64,000 nt of DNA. Source: Candidatus Oxydemutatoraceae bacterium (GTDB taxonomy: Bacteria > Pseudomonadota > Gammaproteobacteria > Poriferisulfidales > Oxydemutatoraceae). The position numbers and the translations under genes were made by a program. Below are positions 29,442-40,120 of the stretch, one piece after another. The DNA is taken from assembly GCA_965220085.1 (NCBI GenBank), contig CBDCOZ010000001.1, positions 64,001 to 128,000 of the forward strand. Direction: 5' to 3'. Positions within the stretch are counted from its first letter, which is position 1, and each line of letters begins with the position of its first letter. The notes beneath the pieces were generated by a model, which saw only the letters and a list, made by a program, of their open reading frames with translations, made no database searches and was not told the DNA's origin.

Positions 29442-31319
29442 ATGAGCGCATCCCGACAGATTCTTGAAAAAGCAAAAGACGCAAGCGCCGGGCTTTATGA
29501 CGAGCTCACTCCCTTTGCCCGCTGGGTCGGCGAACTCAAAAGTCAATCGGTGCTCAAGTGCGATATCATCGCCGGCATTACGGTGGCTCTGGTTTTGATA
29601 CCGCAATCGATGGCCTATGCGCAACTGGCGGATTTGCCGCCCTACTACGGTCTCTACGCTTCGTTTTTGCCTGTCGCTGTGGCGGCGGTTTTCGGATCAT
29701 CCAGGCAACTTGCGACCGGGCCGGTCGCGATCGTGTCTTTGCTGACTGCTTCGGCGGTGGGGCCGCTGGTCGCAACTGCGGGCGGCGAAGCCTTCATCGC
29801 TTATGCGGTTCTGATTGCGTTGATGGTCGGGGTGATTCAGCTTGCGATGGGTCTCATGCGTCTTGGCGTGCTGGTCGATTTCATTTCGCACCCGGTTGTC
29901 ATCGGCTTTACCAACGCCGCGGCGATCATCATAGCGACTTCGCAGCTCGGACCGATTCTCGGAGTATCCGTTGAGAGGGCTCCCTACCATTACGAGACGA
30001 TTTGGAATATTATGCTGGCGACCGCTGATCAGGCGCATTGGCAGAGCCTCGGCATAGCGGCTTTGTCCCTCGCCATCATGCTTGCGGCGCGCCGGTTTGC
30101 GCCGAAGTGGCCGGATGTTTTGTTGGCGGTGGCGGTTGCCACCTTGTTGTCGTGGTGGCTCGGGTTCAAAGAAAATGGCGGCATGGTAGTCGGCGAGATA
30201 CCGCAGGGCTTGCCTGATTTTTCGGCGCCGACGGCCAACTTTGAGATGATTCGCGAGTTGTCGGGGGCGGCGATTGCCATCGCGTTGATCGGTTTTACCG
30301 AAGCGATCTCCGTCGCCAAAGTGATGGCCGCGAGCACCCGCCAGCGGCTCGATGCCAATCAGGAGTTAATCGGGCAGGGGCTCTCTAACATTGCCGCCAG
30401 TTTTTCACAAGGCTATGCGGTGTCGGGTTCTTTCTCCCGTTCGGCGGTTAATTTCTCGGCGCAAGCGGTGACCGGGTTTTCTTCGGTCGTGACCGCTGTC
30501 GTCGTCGGCTTTACGCTGTTGTTCTTAACGCCGCTGTTTTACCATTTGCCGCAGCCGGCCTTGGCGGCGGTCATCATTCTGGCGGTGGCCGGCTTGATAA
30601 AGGTCAAACCGTTTCTGCATATCTGGAAAGTGCAAAGACACGATGCGGTTGTTTCGCTCCTGACGTTTCTTTTGACCTTGGTCTTTGCGCCGCACCTTGA
30701 GAACGGCATCTTGATTGGCGCGGCGCTCTCCCTCGGCTTGTATGTCTATCGCACGATGCGCCCGTCGGTAGTCCTGCTGGCGCGGCACGAAGGCGGCGGC
30801 TTCCGGGATGCGACCAAAGGGATACTCAAGACCTGCCCTAAAATTGCGATATTGCGCTTCGGCGGCCCTTTGTTCTTTGCCAACACGGGTTATTTTGAAC
30901 ACAAGATATTGGATCGCGTGGCGAGCCAGCCGGAACTCCGGTTCATTATCATTGACGCGGTTTCCATGAATGAGATCGATGCCACCGGCGAAGCCATGCT
31001 GCACCAACTTGCGCGCCGGCTGGTGGAATTGCATATAGAGTTTCTCTTCGTTCGGGTGCCGGCGCCGGTGATGGAGACCCTTGAGCGCAGCGGGTTTGCC
31101 AGCGCCGAATGGGCCGATCACTTTTTTATGGATCGCAAAAATGCTTTGGCGTTTGCGTGGCGCAAGCTGGCCGAGCGCAAAGATACCGAGTGTTCGGTAT
31201 CCGCTTGTGATACCCGTGATCTGTCGAGTTGCGTGTTGCATTCCTCGCCGCGCACGGCCAATCCGTTTCTCAATACGGTGGCCGGACGGTTCAAAGGCCC
31301 GACGCATACAAAAGAGTAA
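29442..31319 (+). CDS. SulP/SLC26 anion transporter with STAS domain
   Basis: PQSMAYA, GSSRQLATGP, NQELIGQG and LFFAN. Confidence 0.93.
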   Translation: MSASRQILEKAKDASAGLYDELTPFARWVGELKSQSVLKCDIIAGITVALVLIPQSMAYAQLADLPPYYGLYASFLPVAVAAVFGSSRQLATGPVAIVSLLTASAVGPLVATAGGEAFIAYAVLIALMVGVIQLAMGLMRLGVLVDFISHPVVIGFTNAAAIIIATSQLGPILGVSVERAPYHYETIWNIMLATADQAHWQSLGIAALSLAIMLAARRFAPKWPDVLLAVAVATLLSWWLGFKENGGMVVGEIPQGLPDFSAPTANFEMIRELSGAAIAIALIGFTEAISVAKVMAASTRQRLDANQELIGQGLSNIAASFSQGYAVSGSFSRSAVNFSAQAVTGFSSVVTAVVVGFTLLFLTPLFYHLPQPALAAVIILAVAGLIKVKPFLHIWKVQRHDAVVSLLTFLLTLVFAPHLENGILIGAALSLGLYVYRTMRPSVVLLARHEGGGFRDATKGILKTCPKIAILRFGGPLFFANTGYFEHKILDRVASQPELRFIIIDAVSMNEIDATGEAMLHQLARRLVELHIEFLFVRVPAPVMETLERSGFASAEWADHFFMDRKNALAFAWRKLAERKDTECSVSACDTRDLSSCVLHSSPRTANPFLNTVAGRFKGPTHTKE

Positions 31320-31475
31320 CTGTCGGCCCGGCGGCCGTCTCAAGAGCGCAACTCGCACAAAAGAGTCGCTGTCGGCCCGGCAGCCGTTTCAAGAGCGCGG
31401 CTCGCACAAAAGAGTCGCTATCGGCCCGGCGGCCGTTTCAAGAGCGCAACTCGTACGCGAGAGTCGCTATCGGTC
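31309..31475. repeat. 49-bp tandem repeat spanning the convergent sulP/trmB stop codons
   Basis: Units at 31309, 31358, 31407 and 31456. Confidence 0.9.
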
Positions 31476-32112
31476 TGCCGGCCAGCAGCGCGCGCTTTTC
31501 AAAAATCGTTTGCGGACGCGCGATGTGTTCGCGCGGACAACGGCGATACCGCTTTGTGCTTTCCACCGCCGCGCGCATCTCTTGCGCATAAGGTTCTGAG
31601 TCGGTCGCCAGGCAGAGCAGGCCGCCGGGTTTCATCTTGGGGAGGAGTGCGGCGATGAACTCCGCTTTGACCAGCCGCCGTTTGTGGTGACGCTTTTTCG
31701 GCCACGGGTCGGGAAACATGATCATGACCCGGCTGAGACTGTCGTTCGGCATGCGCTCAAGGGCTTTGATCGCATCGTCGCAAATGATGCGCAGGTTATC
31801 GAGCGAGAGCGCCGCCGCCTTGCGCAAGAGCGAACCGACGCCGGAGCGGTACACTTCAATGCCGAGGAAGTTTTGTGCGGGATTGCCCGCCGCCATTTGC
31901 GTGATCAGATCGCCGTTGCCGCAGCCGATTTCAAGCACGACGGGCGCGGGTCGGGCAAATATCCGCGCCATGTCAAGGCGCGCGCCGCCGAGGTCTATGC
32001 CGAATTGCGCCCAGCGCTCGGTCAGGGCGCGGCGTTGTGCGGTTGTGAGACGATTGCGCGAGACATAGGAGCGGATGTGTGGCCGGCCTCTGGCGGCGGT
32101 TTCTGCGTTCAT
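31438..32112 (-). CDS. trmB: tRNA m7G46 methyltransferase
   Basis: LEIGCGNG and FPDPWPKKRHHKRR. Confidence 0.96.
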   Translation of the reverse strand: MNAETAARGRPHIRSYVSRNRLTTAQRRALTERWAQFGIDLGGARLDMARIFARPAPVVLEIGCGNGDLITQMAAGNPAQNFLGIEVYRSGVGSLLRKAAALSLDNLRIICDDAIKALERMPNDSLSRVMIMFPDPWPKKRHHKRRLVKAEFIAALLPKMKPGGLLCLATDSEPYAQEMRAAVESTKRYRRCPREHIARPQTIFEKRALLAGRPIATLAYELRS

Positions 32113-32115
32113 GGA

Positions 32116-32910
32116 TTAAAAGAACAAGTCCTCGTCCGGCGAGGAGGCGGATGCAAAGCGACGCTTTGGCATGCGCCCGGCAAGCCATGCTTCGCGCCCG
32201 GCTATGACAGCCTTCTTCATCGCGCTCGCCATCAGCGGCGGGTTTTGCGCTTGGGCGATGGCGGTGTTCATCAGCACGCCGTCGCAACCGAGTTCCATCG
32301 CGATGGCGGCGTCCGAAGCGGTGCCGACACCGGCGTCAACGATGACCGGCAACGATGCATTCTCAACGATCGTCGCGATGTTATAGGGGTTGCGAATCCC
32401 GAGCCCGGAACCGATCGGCGCGGCCAGCGGCATGATGGCGATACAGCCGATGTCTTCCAAGCGCCGCGCCGTAATCGGGTCGTCGTTGGTATAGACCATC
32501 ACGTCAAAGCCGTCGGCTGCCAACTCGGCGGCGGCGGCGAGGGTTTGTGATACATCGGGGAAGAGCGTTCTCTCATCGCCGAGGACTTCCAGCTTGACCA
32601 GCCGCTTGCCGTTTAACAACTCGCGCGCGAGGCGGCAAGTGCGTATCGCGTCGGCGGCGGTGTGGCAGCCGGCGGTGTTGGGAAGCACGACGCATTGCGG
32701 CGGCAGGATGTCGAGCATGTTCGGTTGCGTTGTGTCTTGGCCGAGATTGGCGCGACGTATGGCGACTGTGACGATTTCTGCGCCGGAATTTTTGATCGCG
32801 GCCTGCGCCAGTTCGGCATCGGCGTATTTGCCGGTGCCGACCAGCAGACGCGAGCGGAAGGTCTGTCCGGCGATGACAAGCGGCGCGTCGTTGCGTACTG
32901 TGTCGGCCAT
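32116..32910 (-). CDS. thiG: Thiazole synthase
   Basis: [21 protein letters not shown] and APIGSG. Confidence 0.97.
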   Translation of the reverse strand: MADTVRNDAPLVIAGQTFRSRLLVGTGKYADAELAQAAIKNSGAEIVTVAIRRANLGQDTTQPNMLDILPPQCVVLPNTAGCHTAADAIRTCRLARELLNGKRLVKLEVLGDERTLFPDVSQTLAAAAELAADGFDVMVYTNDDPITARRLEDIGCIAIMPLAAPIGSGLGIRNPYNIATIVENASLPVIVDAGVGTASDAAIAMELGCDGVLMNTAIAQAQNPPLMASAMKKAVIAGREAWLAGRMPKRRFASASSPDEDLFF

Positions 32911-32918
32911 CGCGATGC

Positions 32919-33119
32919 TCAGCCTCCGCCGACCGCTTCGATGATCTCTATGCGGTCGCCTTCCGCCAGCGGTGTGCAATGGCGTTTGCCCGCCGGAATG
33001 ATCTCAAGATTTACTTCAATCGCTATCTTGCGATCGGTCAGCGCAAGGCGCGCGATCAAGTCGGCGAGCGTCGTACCGCCGCCGAAGTCGCGTTGTTTGC
33101 CATTAACGATAATTTTCAC
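32919..33119 (-). CDS. thiS: Sulfur carrier ThiS
   Basis: 66 aa ending VGGG, upstream of thiG. Confidence 0.93.
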   Translation of the reverse strand: MKIIVNGKQRDFGGGTTLADLIARLALTDRKIAIEVNLEIIPAGKRHCTPLAEGDRIEIIEAVGGG

Positions 33120-34398
33120 GGATGACCTCTTTTATCGCGCCGCATAATTGCGATAGTTGCGCATCGCTTATTGTATAAGGCGGCATGATATAAACAAGGT
33201 TTCTAAACGGTCGTATCCACACGCCGCGCGCAACGAAAGCATCGCAGAATGTCCGCGGCACGGGATCTGTCGTTTCCACTGCGCCGATCGCGCCTTTCAC
33301 CCGCACATCGCTTACGCCGGGCAGCGTCTTCAAGTCGCCGAGTTCGGTTTGCAGCCGCCGCTCGAGGGCTTTGATGCGCTTGCGCCAGCCGCTCGCCTTA
33401 AGCAGGTCAATGTTGGCGGCGGCGACCGCACAGGCGAGCGGGTTGCCCATGTAAGTGGGGCCGTGTGCGAGCAAACCCGGCTCGCCGCTGTCTATCGTGT
33501 CGGCGACCGCATCGCTTGTGATCGTCGCCGCCATGCTCATATAGCCTGCGGTCAGGGATTTGCCGACGCAGAGGATGTCCGGGATACAGCGCTGTGCGTG
33601 TTCAAAGGCGAACATCTCGCCGCTGCGTCCGAATCCTGTCGCGATCTCATCCAGAATCAGCAACACGTCATACTCATTACATAAGTCCTGTACGTAGTCC
33701 AGATACTGCGGCGCGTATATCCGCATCCCGCCGGCGCCCTGTACGACGGGTTCAAGGATGACTGCGGCGATGTGGTCGTGGTGTTCTGCCAAGCGCTGTT
33801 TGATGCTGTTGTGCGCCGCTTCATCCGCAGTGTCACCGCATTGCGGTGCGCGCACAAATAGCTGTTGCGGCAATGTGTCCTTGAACATATGGTGCATGCC
33901 ATTGACCGGGTCACAGAGTGACATGGCGGCGAAGGTGTCGCCGTGATAGCCGTACTCCAGCGCGACGAAGCGCTTGCGCTGCGCTTGTCCGCGCGCGAAC
34001 TGGTACTGCAGCGCCATCTTGACGGCGACCTCCACCGCGACCGATCCCGAGTCACAGTAGAAAATGCGTCTCAGCTTTTGCGGCAGCAAGGCGTGCAGTC
34101 TTTGCCCGAGCGCGACTGCCGGCGGGTGGGTCAGGCCGCCGAACATGACGTGTGCCATGCGTCCGGCTTGTTGCGTCAGCGCAGCGTTTAATACGGGGTG
34201 GTTGTAGCCGTGAATCGCCGCCCACCACGATGACATGCCATCAATCAATTGCCGTCCGTCCGCCAGCTCCAGCAGACAACCGGCGGCGGCGACTACCGGA
34301 TAAGTATTGCTGTTGTCGCGTGACGGGCTGTACGGGTGCCACAGGTAATCGTGGTCAAATGCCGCCATGGATGGGTCAAAAGGAACCTTGGACGACAT
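33103..34398 (-). CDS. bioA: DAPA aminotransferase
   Basis: LWHPY, DGMSSWW, SGSVAVEVAVKMA and DEIATGFGR. Confidence 0.95.
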   Translation of the reverse strand: MSSKVPFDPSMAAFDHDYLWHPYSPSRDNSNTYPVVAAAGCLLELADGRQLIDGMSSWWAAIHGYNHPVLNAALTQQAGRMAHVMFGGLTHPPAVALGQRLHALLPQKLRRIFYCDSGSVAVEVAVKMALQYQFARGQAQRKRFVALEYGYHGDTFAAMSLCDPVNGMHHMFKDTLPQQLFVRAPQCGDTADEAAHNSIKQRLAEHHDHIAAVILEPVVQGAGGMRIYAPQYLDYVQDLCNEYDVLLILDEIATGFGRSGEMFAFEHAQRCIPDILCVGKSLTAGYMSMAATITSDAVADTIDSGEPGLLAHGPTYMGNPLACAVAAANIDLLKASGWRKRIKALERRLQTELGDLKTLPGVSDVRVKGAIGAVETTDPVPRTFCDAFVARGVWIRPFRNLVYIMPPYTISDAQLSQLCGAIKEVIRENYR

Positions 34399-34407
34399 CT
34401 TCGGGTT

Positions 34408-34797
34408 TTATGAGTCGGAGAGTGGCGGGTGATAAATGATTTGTACCTGATTACCCGCGGGATCGCGGCAGTAGAAACTGCGGGCGCCGTCGCGGTGAGA
34501 TTTCGGGGCGACATCTATTGTCACTCCGTGTTGCGACAGGAAGGTATGCCAGCAGTCAACGTCTTCGGGTTGTTTGACGATAATGCCCAAGTGGTCTAAT
34601 GCGCCGTCTGCGCTGACTGTGTTTGCCCGGTGCAGGGCGAGGTTGTCGGAACCGGAGGTCAGATACAGATTGTCATCATCGGGGCGCCATTCAACCTTGA
34701 AGCCGAGCAGGTCGGCATAGAACTTTTCGCAACTCGCAAGGTCGACAACATTCAGCGCCACATGGTGCATGCCGAGCATGGCCGGGCGTTTATTCAT
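34408..34797 (-). CDS. VOC/glyoxalase family protein
   Basis: HHVAL, LDHLG and FYCRDPAGN. Confidence 0.88.
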   Translation of the reverse strand: MNKRPAMLGMHHVALNVVDLASCEKFYADLLGFKVEWRPDDDNLYLTSGSDNLALHRANTVSADGALDHLGIIVKQPEDVDCWHTFLSQHGVTIDVAPKSHRDGARSFYCRDPAGNQVQIIYHPPLSDS

Positions 34798-35209
34798 CGT
34801 TGATAATCTCGTAGTCCCACTCTATGACGGCGCTTTTTTCCAGCATCTTGGCAACCGATGACAGCTGTGTCGCCGACAAGGCTACGGCTTTGGCGACTGC
34901 GGCATCTTCTACATTGTGCCCGCTGACGATGAAGTGTCCCTTTATGTTTGTGAACACCGTCGGTGCGCTGTCAGCGCGGCTTGCTTGCAGTTTGAGTTCA
35001 ACGGAGCTTACTTCCTGTTTTGCATCCCGTAGCAATTTAACAATATCAAAGCTGCTGCAGCCGCCTAATCCGGCCAGTACCAGTTCCATCGGCCGCGGGG
35101 CCAGATTGCGTCCGCCCGCCTCCGGTGCGCCGTCCATTGTTATCGTGTGGCCGGAACCTGTCTCAGCATTGAAGGACATATTGCCGACCCATTTAATCTG
35201 TGCTTCCAT
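34790..35209 (-). CDS. OsmC/YhfA family protein
   Basis: GSGH...MDG and PRPMELVLAGLGGC. Confidence 0.88.
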   Translation of the reverse strand: MEAQIKWVGNMSFNAETGSGHTITMDGAPEAGGRNLAPRPMELVLAGLGGCSSFDIVKLLRDAKQEVSSVELKLQASRADSAPTVFTNIKGHFIVSGHNVEDAAVAKAVALSATQLSSVAKMLEKSAVIEWDYEIINDE

Positions 35210-35215
35210 ATCGTT

Positions 35216-36169
35216 TTATGCCGATACCGGTTTGATGTTGCGCAACTCGCGCGGTAGCGGAAAGGAAACATTCTCTTTTTCTCCATCCCACTCAATGACC
35301 TCGGATGCACCGAGCGTTTTCAGTTTTTCAATCATCGTTTTGACCAGCGCCTCGGGCGCCGAAGCGCCCGCCGACAAACCGATGTTTTTTTTGCCTTGAA
35401 GCCAGCGGGGGTTTATTTCGTCGGGGCCGTCTACCAGATATGCGTCAATGCCGAATTTTAGCGGAATCTCATACAGGCGGTTTGAGTTTGAGCTGTTGTG
35501 CGATCCGATGATGATAATCAGGTCACAAACTTTGACCAGTTGCTTGATGGCATTCTGCCTGTTTTGGGTGGCGTAGCAGATGTCGTCTTTGCGCGGTGCC
35601 CGAATGTGCGGGAAGCGTTGCAGCAACACGGCGACAATGTCTTTTGTGTCGTCAACAGACAGTGTCGTCTGCGTGACATATGCGATTCGTTGCGGGTCTT
35701 TAATCTCAATGTTGCGGGCATCGTCAACCGATTCGACCAGATATATTTTCCCTTTGCCATGCTCATCGTATTGTCCCATTGTGCCGTCAACTTCCGGGTG
35801 GCCGTGGTGACCGATGAGGATGGAGTCTATGCCTTCGCGGCTGTTTCTGGCGACTTCAATATGGACTTTTGTGACCAGCGGGCAGGTGGCATCGAGCACT
35901 TTGAGTTTGCGTTGTTCGGCTTCCTTGCGCACGCTTTGGGAGACGCCGTGGGCGCTGAAGATGACGATGCTGCCGTCGGGAACGTCTTCCAAGTCTTCAA
36001 TAAAAATAGCGCCCTTCTCTTTCAAACTATTGACGACATACACATTGTGGACCACTTCGTGGCGGACATAAATCGGCGGCGGAAACACTTCAAGCGCGTT
36101 TTCAACGACTGCGATTGCCCGGTCGACTCCGGCACAGAAACCGCGGGGATTGGCGAGCAGAACCTTCAT
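35216..36169 (-). CDS. ispH: HMBPP reductase
   Basis: [24 protein letters not shown] and SSNS. Confidence 0.97.
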   Translation of the reverse strand: MKVLLANPRGFCAGVDRAIAVVENALEVFPPPIYVRHEVVHNVYVVNSLKEKGAIFIEDLEDVPDGSIVIFSAHGVSQSVRKEAEQRKLKVLDATCPLVTKVHIEVARNSREGIDSILIGHHGHPEVDGTMGQYDEHGKGKIYLVESVDDARNIEIKDPQRIAYVTQTTLSVDDTKDIVAVLLQRFPHIRAPRKDDICYATQNRQNAIKQLVKVCDLIIIIGSHNSSNSNRLYEIPLKFGIDAYLVDGPDEINPRWLQGKKNIGLSAGASAPEALVKTMIEKLKTLGASEVIEWDGEKENVSFPLPRELRNIKPVSA

Positions 36170-36300
36170 AGGGTGATTATATAAGAAGCCGGGCGATGCG
36201 GTGTCGGCCGCAACAACTCATGACGGTTTTCACGTCGGGCGATGTCTTTTGGGGGGCGGGATATATAATGTTTCTCGGGATATGTCCCCAAGGGCGGAAG

Positions 36301-37134
36301 ATGCTATTTCTGGCAGACCATAATCATAAAGTCATCGTCGGGTGGAGCCGAAAATGCGGCTGTACCAATGTCAAATTACTGTTCAAGATATATGCGGGTA
36401 CTTTTACGCACCGGGCTGATATACACCTTGATGCCTCCCATGCCTTCCCGCCGCAAGCGATGAACTCCGGGGAATGGCGCAAAATATTGATTATCCGCGA
36501 CCCATACCAAAGAGTCGTATCGGGTTTTCTTGAGAGATATTGTTCCCCGAATCGGAATTTCGTAACTGCGATGCTCAGAGCAATGGCGACGGATTTCAGG
36601 TTGATTTTTAAGCAAGGTAAAAAAGCAAAAAAGAAACACCCTATGTTGCGAGCCCTTCGCTATGTAATCAGGGATGCATTTGATGCCGGCCCGATAGTGA
36701 AATCTATGACATTTGCCGAGTTTGTTGATTCGTTGTGCAAGGGAGAAGAAGCGGTGAACTATGCGAAGGATCATTTTGAACCTCAGATGGGCGGCAAGTG
36801 GCGGGCGGACATTCATTTTGACAAGATATTTGATGTCGGGGATATAGGCTATAATCTTTTGGAATTCTTAAACACGGTTTTTAACAAGAACCTGCGCCGG
36901 GAAGACATCAAATTTTTCTCCGGACACCACACGAACTATGGCAGCGCGAAGCGCTTCCCGGCGTGGAAATTGAGCAACAGGCAGTTGAGCAAGATGGAAA
37001 AATACCCGCACTATGGCGATTTTTTCTATCTCAACGAAGAGCTTGCCGGAAAAGTTCGCGAGTTCTACCGCAAGGATTTTGAATATTTCCGGGCGAATGG
37101 ATTTAATTACACTCTGGAAGGAATGCTGAAATGA
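36301..37134 (+). CDS. Sulfotransferase family 2-like protein
   Basis: KCGCT, IRDPYQRVVSGF, HFEPQ and YRKDF. Confidence 0.72.
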   Translation: MLFLADHNHKVIVGWSRKCGCTNVKLLFKIYAGTFTHRADIHLDASHAFPPQAMNSGEWRKILIIRDPYQRVVSGFLERYCSPNRNFVTAMLRAMATDFRLIFKQGKKAKKKHPMLRALRYVIRDAFDAGPIVKSMTFAEFVDSLCKGEEAVNYAKDHFEPQMGGKWRADIHFDKIFDVGDIGYNLLEFLNTVFNKNLRREDIKFFSGHHTNYGSAKRFPAWKLSNRQLSKMEKYPHYGDFFYLNEELAGKVREFYRKDFEYFRANGFNYTLEGMLK

Positions 37135-38228
37135 AAAGAAGACATTTTGTTGGTCAAGCGACAGCGGGCGTGTTGCTAGGAGGTGGCATGGTCGGCTGCG
37201 ACAATGCCCGACAGGAGTCATCCGCTGCTAAGTCGGATAATAAAAAATACCGCTGGAAAATGGTCACTTCATGGCCGAAGAACTTCCCCGGTTTGGGTAC
37301 CGGCGCCGAACGTCTTGCAAAGACTATTGAAACGCTGTCCGACGGCCGGTTGACTGTCAAGGTATACGGCGCCGGCGAGTTAGTCCCCGCCTTGGAGGTG
37401 TTTGATGCGGTGCACAGCGGGGCCGCACAGATGGGGCATTCGGCGGCGTATTACTGGCAAGGCAAGGACCCCGCTTTTAACTTCTTTACGACGATTCCTT
37501 TCGGCATGACCGTCATGGAAATGAACGCCTGGCTTTATCAGGGCGGCGGTTTGAAATTATGGCAGGAGTTGTACCGGCCGTTTGGAGTGATACCGTTTCC
37601 GGCGGGCAACACCGGTATGCAGATGGCGGGATGGTTTAACCGCGAAATTAAAAGTGTCGAAGATTTTAAGGGACTTAAAATGCGCATGCCGGGGCTTGGC
37701 GGCAAGGTGCTCGAGCGGATGGGAGGGGTGCCGGTCAATCTGCCGGGCGGCGAGTTGTTCATCGCGATGCAAACCGGCACGATCGATGCGACCGAATGGG
37801 CGACGCCGTATAACGATCTGGCGTTGGGTCTGTACAAAGTCGCGAAGCATTACTACTACCCGGGTTGGCACGAGCCCGGCCCGGCGCTCGAATGCTCGGT
37901 CAATCAAAAGGCGTTTGAAGGATTGCCGCCGGACTTGCAAGAAGTCGTGCGCGCGGCGTGCTATGTGGCCAATACCGAGATTGCGGCCGAGTATATCGCG
38001 AACAATTACGATGCGATGGAGGTTTTGGAGAAAGAGCACGGCGTCAATATATTGCCTTTGCCGGACGATGTGATTGAGAAACTGCGCGCGCTTTCGGCGG
38101 ATGTGGTGCGCGAAGCGGTCGCCGACAGCCCTTTCGGCCAACGGGCTTATGCCGCATATCTGGAGTTCCAGAAGAAAGTTGCGGCGTGGCATAAGGTGTC
38201 CGAAGGCAACTATTTCTCGCTAAGATAA
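37131..38228 (+). CDS. TRAP substrate-binding protein (TakP-like), Tat/lipoprotein-type leader
   Basis: KRRHF leader, WKMVTSWP, GNTGMQMAGWF and YYYPGWHEP. Confidence 0.92.
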   Translation: MKRRHFVGQATAGVLLGGGMVGCDNARQESSAAKSDNKKYRWKMVTSWPKNFPGLGTGAERLAKTIETLSDGRLTVKVYGAGELVPALEVFDAVHSGAAQMGHSAAYYWQGKDPAFNFFTTIPFGMTVMEMNAWLYQGGGLKLWQELYRPFGVIPFPAGNTGMQMAGWFNREIKSVEDFKGLKMRMPGLGGKVLERMGGVPVNLPGGELFIAMQTGTIDATEWATPYNDLALGLYKVAKHYYYPGWHEPGPALECSVNQKAFEGLPPDLQEVVRAACYVANTEIAAEYIANNYDAMEVLEKEHGVNILPLPDDVIEKLRALSADVVREAVADSPFGQRAYAAYLEFQKKVAAWHKVSEGNYFSLR

Positions 38229-38270
38229 TATCCGCCCGCAGCGTTGCCGCGCTTGCAACCGGGCGGGTAT
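38229..38270. terminator. Hairpin between convergent TRAP genes
   Basis: ATATCCGCCCG...CGGGCGGGTAT. Confidence 0.5.
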
Positions 38271-39629
38271 CTACTTCAGCAGCAACGACGGCAACCAGGT
38301 AACGAGTTGCGGCCAGACGCTTAAAATCAGCAGCGTGAACACCTGCAGGCCGATGAACGGAATGACTCCCTTGTATATCTGCCGGGTTGCGACGCTTGGC
38401 GGCGCCACTCCGCGCAGGTAAAACAGTGAAAACCCGAAGGGCGGCGTCAGGAACGATGTTTGCAGATTGATAGCGATCATGATCGCAAGCCAGAGCGGGT
38501 CCGCTCCCAGTATGATCAGGCTGGGGCCTACGATGGGCACGATGATGAAAGTGATCTCTATGAAATCAAGGATGAAGCCGAGCAAAAACATCATCAGCAT
38601 GACAAGCAACATCGCCGTGAGCAGGCCGCCGGGAAGGTTGGACAACATATCGTGAATCAAATCATCGCCGCCAAATCCTCTGAATACAAGCGAGAAGAAG
38701 CTCGCACCAATCAGTATCATGAATACCATGCAACTGATTTTGACAGTGGTGCGGCATACCTCGCCGATGATTGAGCGTGACGTTAATTTCTTGAGATAAG
38801 CCAGTAGCAGTGATCCCACCGCTCCCACGGCGGCGGCTTCTGTCGGTGTTGCAGCGCCGCTTAGTATGGAACCGAGCACACCGGTAATCAATAGCAACGG
38901 TGCTACCAGAGCGCTGAGAATTCTTTTGAGGTCTATCGGGCTTGCATTTTGATGGGGGGGAGCAAGCGAAGGTTTGAAATATGCCATGGCAAACAATAAT
39001 GCGATGTAAAGGCCGACCAGGATAAATCCCGGTATGATTGCGCCTGCAAAAAGATCTGCGACCGAAATGGTATCGGGGGCGAACAAGCCCTGCATCAGTT
39101 GCGCTTGTTGGTATGCCGAGGACATGACTTCGCCGAGCAATACCAATACGATGGAAGGGGGGATGATCTGTCCGAGCGTGCCCGAAGCGCAGATCGTTCC
39201 GCAGGTGAGCGCGGGGTCGTAGTTGCGTTTGATCATCGCCGGCAAAGACAACAGCCCCATCGTGGTTACGGTCGCGCCGACAATACCCGTGCTCGCCGCC
39301 AGTATCGCGCCGATGACGACGACCGAGATGGCGAGACCGCCGCGCACTTTCTTCAGCAAGTCGGCGCCGGCCAGAAGCAATTCGTCGGCGATATGGGTCT
39401 TTTGCAATACCACTCCCATAAAGATAAACAACGGCACGGCGATCAACGTGCCGTTGATGAGAATGCCGTGGATGCGCGCGGGCAAAGCGTAGAGCAAACT
39501 GAACTCAAGGGCGCCGGTTGCGACCCCCGCCAGCGCAAACAATAACGAGACCCCGGCCAAGGTAAAAGCGACCGGATAGCCGGCCATGATCACGATGACG
39601 ATTGTCAGAAACAGCAGAATGGCCGTCAT
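38271..39629 (-). CDS. TRAP large permease DctM
   Basis: GTLGQIIPPS and QTSFLTPPFG. Confidence 0.93.
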   Translation of the reverse strand: MTAILLFLTIVIVIMAGYPVAFTLAGVSLLFALAGVATGALEFSLLYALPARIHGILINGTLIAVPLFIFMGVVLQKTHIADELLLAGADLLKKVRGGLAISVVVIGAILAASTGIVGATVTTMGLLSLPAMIKRNYDPALTCGTICASGTLGQIIPPSIVLVLLGEVMSSAYQQAQLMQGLFAPDTISVADLFAGAIIPGFILVGLYIALLFAMAYFKPSLAPPHQNASPIDLKRILSALVAPLLLITGVLGSILSGAATPTEAAAVGAVGSLLLAYLKKLTSRSIIGEVCRTTVKISCMVFMILIGASFFSLVFRGFGGDDLIHDMLSNLPGGLLTAMLLVMLMMFLLGFILDFIEITFIIVPIVGPSLIILGADPLWLAIMIAINLQTSFLTPPFGFSLFYLRGVAPPSVATRQIYKGVIPFIGLQVFTLLILSVWPQLVTWLPSLLLK

Positions 39630-40120
39630 TTTTTCATGTCGCGCAGTTTGAGCAGACAGCGAACGCTGTCGGATATGCCATGGATTATCAGCAACAGCGC
39701 CATCGCCAACGGCAGCGATTTGATGACGAACACAAACGGCAGCCCGCCTGTTTCCGCCGACTTCTCCAATACCTGCCATGAGATGAACGCGTAATCCCAA
39801 CTGGCAATCAGGATCGCAAGGCACACCGGAATCAGAAACAGCCAGTGTCCGACGAGGTTTATCCATGTCCGTCGCCGCTCGCCAAAGCCCTGATAAAAAA
39901 TATCGACGCGCACATGTTCGTCGTGTTTCATCGTATAACCCATGCACAGGGTCAGGATGATGACATGCAGATAGGTCGTTACTTCCTGAATATCGACTCG
40001 GCCGTAATTGAAAACATACCGCAGCACTACGACCGCAAATGTGGCGAATACCATCGCCACCATCAACCGCGATACGGCGCGGCCGAGCCGTTCGTTAATC
40101 TGTTTCAGGTGTCGTAGCAT
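39626..40120 (-). CDS. TRAP small permease DctQ
   Basis: RYVF, HVRVDIFY, 4 TMs. Confidence 0.9.
   Translation of the reverse strand: MLRHLKQINERLGRAVSRLMVAMVFATFAVVVLRYVFNYGRVDIQEVTTYLHVIILTLCMGYTMKHDEHVRVDIFYQGFGERRRTWINLVGHWLFLIPVCLAILIASWDYAFISWQVLEKSAETGGLPFVFVIKSLPLAMALLLIIHGISDSVRCLLKLRDMKK

Noticed and set aside
31309-31475. CRISPR interpretation of the 49-bp repeats
   Set aside because: No spacers; the units derive from gene ends.
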